From an uncultured virus (IMG/VR IMGVR_UViG_3300031519_004497) (lineage: Duplodnaviria > Heunggongvirae > Uroviricota > Caudoviricetes), in the IMG/VR virus record IMGVR_UViG_3300031519_004497: a DNA stretch of 20,000 nucleotides; one strand, 5' to 3'. The position numbers and the translations under genes are program-made. Under the pieces are notes generated by a model that saw nothing but the letters and a program-made list of their open reading frames with translations, made no database searches and was not told the DNA's origin. Position 1 is the stretch's first letter; each line of letters opens with the position of its first letter. Positions 16,650 to 20,000 of the stretch are shown here, one piece after another.

Positions 16650-17953
16650 TACAGTCTCCTAGTATAGAATCTACCTATTGCCAATTCTGCTGCTACTTGA
16701 CGAATCGACTTGTCAATTAGTTTTCTTGGGTCTCTTTGGGGGGTAGCCCAAGGAGCAGCGCCTTCTCCTACTTCAAATACTTGGTAGGGGTTTTTTGCGT
16801 AAGTATAGCCAAAACTCGGGTGTCCCTGCTTTGTTATGTTTACATCTTGTATTTTAACACTGTTTGCAAATCTTCCGCTTTGGTTCTGAAACCCTGGGGG
16901 AGACATATTCTTTCGTACAGTCTGAGGCAGCTTTTTGTTAATCATTGCCATATAAGAGAAGGGGCTTACAGCTCTGGCCCCCTTCTTTTTACGGACTAAA
17001 GCTCCGAGAGAAATAGGTAACCCGTTATCTCTGGCTACTTTTATCTTACTCTTTTTCTTTGTTTTCTCTTTTGCTGTCTTCGTATTTTTTTCATTAAAGA
17101 CCGCTTTCTTTTTACCTTTAGTTTTAGCCTTCTTACTTTTAGGAGCTAGGTTAGAAAGCAATACTTGACCGACTAAATCGACCAAGGGGGTAGACCCTTT
17201 TAAATTATTCTCAATTTCGTGGGCTATTCCATCTTGTAAAGACTTCAAAGCGGCGTCCTCAGCGTCTTTTTGTGTTTGATTATCTATTGCCTTTTGCCAT
17301 GTTAGTATGGGTATATACTTCTTTTTTAAGCCCCCATTTTTAGTGTACATTTGCTCATGCGTAATCTTTACTTCCAATGTGTTTATGTACGTATCAATTA
17401 ATTCTCTTACTCTTGTTTGGTCACCCTTAGAGCTAGTTCTTGATAAGAAATTCTGGGCTTTGAGTACCTTGCTAGTACTAGCTGCTGCTCCTCGACTATC
17501 TTCCTCATGACCTAGCTGCGATCCAAAAAACTTGCCCTCACCGCCAACTAAATCTAACCGAGTGTCTCCCTCCTTAATAAAGCTGGAGTCTTTAATAATA
17601 CTTCCGAGTTTTCCATTACCCCCCTTCGCTCTTTTAATTGTCTCATACTTCGCAATTATATAGCCTACTTCATCGCCCTTAGGTTTTAAAGTACGCATAG
17701 CAGTTTGTAATTCGCGTAGCCTAGCTTTACTTGTTACGTTAGCTACTTGCGTTTTTAAGTACTTGTCCCACTCTGCCCATATTTTATTTAAACTTTTATC
17801 GTCGAGGTCTTCACTGAATATATCTGTTAAAGTCTCTTTAAACCTATCAGGGCTTACAAATAATATTTGCCCGTCTTGCTGTACTAAGGCTGTTCGGTCA
17901 CCTGCTTTTTTTATATCAGCAAGAACTTTCTCTGCAAGTTTTTTCGCAGACAT
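16649..17953 (-). CDS. Tail completion protein, T5 p143-like, N-terminally extended (434 aa)
   Basis: C-terminal GRFANSV..YTY..PYQVF..RDPRKLIDKSI resembles the T5 p143 C-terminus as recalled. Syntenic between the head completion and terminator genes. Confidence 0.72.
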   Translation of the reverse strand: MSAKKLAEKVLADIKKAGDRTALVQQDGQILFVSPDRFKETLTDIFSEDLDDKSLNKIWAEWDKYLKTQVANVTSKARLRELQTAMRTLKPKGDEVGYIIAKYETIKRAKGGNGKLGSIIKDSSFIKEGDTRLDLVGGEGKFFGSQLGHEEDSRGAAASTSKVLKAQNFLSRTSSKGDQTRVRELIDTYINTLEVKITHEQMYTKNGGLKKKYIPILTWQKAIDNQTQKDAEDAALKSLQDGIAHEIENNLKGSTPLVDLVGQVLLSNLAPKSKKAKTKGKKKAVFNEKNTKTAKEKTKKKSKIKVARDNGLPISLGALVRKKKGARAVSPFSYMAMINKKLPQTVRKNMSPPGFQNQSGRFANSVKIQDVNITKQGHPSFGYTYAKNPYQVFEVGEGAAPWATPQRDPRKLIDKSIRQVAAELAIGRFYTRRL

Positions 17954-18540
17954 TAAAAGTTTTTGTACAGGTCTAAGACCCGCTTAATGTGGTCTGGAAA
18001 AGAGACATTATCTCGCTGGCTAGAACTAGTCTGATTCTGTATGCTAGCTCCTGCGATACTCTGACGAGACTTGTGCTCGTCTTTTAAATAATAAGTAATT
18101 AAATCAAGTACTGCTAACTTAAGATCAGCAGGTACTGCACTATATCCTGCGGTATACACTACCTTAACTGTTTCTACACCTACGGGCCAGTTTTTGTAGC
18201 CTCCAGTAGTTGTTCTATATATACAGTCTGTTGCTTTATTAAGTGCATATTCTTGAGCACCTGTGGTAAGAGTAGTTAAAGTACCTCCGTAAGAAGTTGC
18301 TTCTTGTACACTTACTATTGCGTTTACAGGGCTTTCTGTTAATTGTACTATATGTGTACCCCATTCAAGGGTAAATGTTTCTGTCTTATTAGCGGAGTAA
18401 AAGTCTACAAAACTGTTACCACAATAAGTTTTCACTAATTGACTTATGGAAGGGATTAAAACATTCAGGCGTGCGTCTTCCTTAGGCTGAGTTATACCCT
18501 CTGCCGTTTTATATTCCTGTAATGTTATTAAGTCTGCCAT
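17953..18540 (-). CDS. Head completion / head-tail connector protein, T5 p144-like
   Basis: LITLQEYK..VVYTAGYSAVPADLKLAVLDLI..FPDHIKRVLDLYK; immediately after the capsid gene. Confidence 0.85.
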   Translation of the reverse strand: MADLITLQEYKTAEGITQPKEDARLNVLIPSISQLVKTYCGNSFVDFYSANKTETFTLEWGTHIVQLTESPVNAIVSVQEATSYGGTLTTLTTGAQEYALNKATDCIYRTTTGGYKNWPVGVETVKVVYTAGYSAVPADLKLAVLDLITYYLKDEHKSRQSIAGASIQNQTSSSQRDNVSFPDHIKRVLDLYKNF

Positions 18541-18559
18541 ATTCTATAAGTCCATCAGT

Positions 18560-18586
18560 AAAAACTTGGGGGAGATGAACTCCCCC
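18560..18586 (-). terminator. Intrinsic terminator after the major capsid gene
   Basis: Minus strand GGGGGAG-TTCAT-CTCCCCC then AAGTTTTT. Confidence 0.78.
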
Positions 18587-18608
18587 TCATTTCTATACTT
18601 TCTAAGTA

Positions 18609-19985
18609 TTAAGCAATAAAGTCAAGCTTAACAGAAGGCTGGTCTGCACCGGCACCTGCAACGATTTGCTCAAAGCCAAGAGATTGACTAGCAACGATTA
18701 CTCGACGCTGATCCATTACTTGGTAATCCTGCTCAACAGTTACACCACGAAGACGAGGTATTACATAGTTACGCTTGTAAACTACAAACGCACCAGGAAT
18801 GCCTGCACCCTCTGCAGCAAACTGGTCTGATACAACTACTGGAGTTCCGAAAACGGCTCCAACTGTACCAGTTATTCGTACTGCAAGGTCAGACCCTACT
18901 TCATCCATAGTCTGGAAGCTAGCATCATCTAACAGGTCATAGTAGCCGTTCTGGCTTACAATGTATACAAGCTCAGTAGGACTCAAGCCGTATTTACCCA
19001 TTCCTTGACGCATATCAAGCAAGATTGCTGAAGTCAGCTTAGCAGCATCAGAGATATCGAGAGTGGCGCTATGAGTAGCAGCCATTCCACTTCCATCAAG
19101 ACCAACAATTGAACCACCGCCATTAATAATGGCAGATTCAACAGCTTTAGCGTGAGCACGAGCTACTGATTCAACAATCATAGGCATCAAGTTAATAAGA
19201 ACTTGCTCGTCTACATCGTTGTCCATGAAGGAGCTTGAGATCAAACGGTAAGCATTCAAGATTACTTGCTTAGGCCTGAAAGTGTTAGCAGTTGCACCAG
19301 CGGTCAAGTTACCACCAGTAGCGGAAGTTGCCCATGCAGCAGGATTGACATCAGGCTGGATAGGTAATACAGTAGCTGCACCATTTACAGGGATTTCGCG
19401 GAATAAATTAGCTACCTTCAGCTCATTTTGAATTTCCTTCTCAATGAGATTAGAAACTTCCTGATCGATATCGGCGGCTGAAGTAGTATAATCCACACCA
19501 GCTTTCTCTTGAAGTTCAATACCGTACTGAGTGCTCATACCTTTTTGGGTCATAACACCGAGTAAATGAGCTGTCATGAACTCTTTGCCCCACTTAGATA
19601 TGTCGCCTGTAGAGGAACGGTCAGAGAAAGTTCTCTTGCTGTTCTGCATAGCTGAAAGCTCAGCTTGCTTCTCTTCAAGATCGGCTTTATACTTCTCGAT
19701 AGTCTCAGAGGTAGCAGTCTTCTCGTCAGCCATTTCCTTGCGAATATCTTGAATCAAACGCTCTGCACCTGATTCTACACCAGATACGATAGCGGTTTTA
19801 ACTTCTTCTTCTTGCTGAGCCTTAGCTTCTGCATTTGCAGTTGCTTGGTCTTCAAGATCTTTTTGTGCAGCCACATCGGCTGCTTTTTGCTCGGCTTGCT
19901 TCATTGCGATTTTAGCAGCAGTTTCCTCAGCTACTTTTTTAGCAAAAGCTTCCAAGTCAACGGGTTGTTGTGTCTCTTCAGACAT
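18609..19985 (-). CDS. Major capsid protein, HK97 fold with N-terminal scaffolding (delta) domain, T5 pb8-like (458 aa)
   Basis: ~160-aa Ala/Glu/Lys coiled-coil N-terminus, then capsid motifs (ELKVANLFREIPV, LLDMRQGMGKYG, GAVFGTPVVVSD, VTVEQDY..QRRVIVASQ). Strong RBS AAAGGAG. Confidence 0.93.
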   Translation of the reverse strand: MSEETQQPVDLEAFAKKVAEETAAKIAMKQAEQKAADVAAQKDLEDQATANAEAKAQQEEEVKTAIVSGVESGAERLIQDIRKEMADEKTATSETIEKYKADLEEKQAELSAMQNSKRTFSDRSSTGDISKWGKEFMTAHLLGVMTQKGMSTQYGIELQEKAGVDYTTSAADIDQEVSNLIEKEIQNELKVANLFREIPVNGAATVLPIQPDVNPAAWATSATGGNLTAGATANTFRPKQVILNAYRLISSSFMDNDVDEQVLINLMPMIVESVARAHAKAVESAIINGGGSIVGLDGSGMAATHSATLDISDAAKLTSAILLDMRQGMGKYGLSPTELVYIVSQNGYYDLLDDASFQTMDEVGSDLAVRITGTVGAVFGTPVVVSDQFAAEGAGIPGAFVVYKRNYVIPRLRGVTVEQDYQVMDQRRVIVASQSLGFEQIVAGAGADQPSVKLDFIA

Positions 19986-20000
19986 TTTGATCTCCTTTTG

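Noticed and set aside
637..17987. All plus-strand ORFs in the track (e.g. 3385..3897, 9934..10419, 15598..16089)
   Set aside because: They lie antisense to well-supported structural genes, have no recognisable motifs and are expected shadow frames.
1..20000. CRISPR arrays, tRNA/rRNA genes, IS elements, integrase/att sites, T5-like nick-site repeats, stop-codon reassignment
   Set aside because: None seen by eye. The window is almost fully coding under the standard code, and TAA, TAG and TGA all terminate genes at expected positions.

Overview
The window is a contiguous, all minus-strand virion morphogenesis module of a long-tailed (siphovirus-type) dsDNA bacteriophage. In transcription order (right to left): HK97-fold major capsid protein, head completion protein, tail completion protein, tail terminator, major tail tube protein, tail assembly chaperone pair joined by a -1 frameshift, tape measure protein, lambda-like tail tip genes (M, L, K, I, J), a T5 p132-like collar protein and a truncated next gene. 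Head, neck, tube, the N-terminal tape measure and the collar resemble phage T5 proteins. The tape measure C-terminus and the whole tip resemble lambda, and there is no T5 p140 equivalent, so the tail looks like a T5/lambda chimera. The same ~70-aa beta-rich domain is inserted in both the gpM-like and gpL-like proteins; in gpL it is nested inside a CBM5/12-like repeat that itself splits the four-Cys Fe-S motif. Two near-consensus sigma70 promoters share an extended upstream motif, and two intrinsic terminators follow the capsid and tube genes. Family assignments come from motifs recognised by eye, remembered T5/lambda sequences and synteny; no searches were run.
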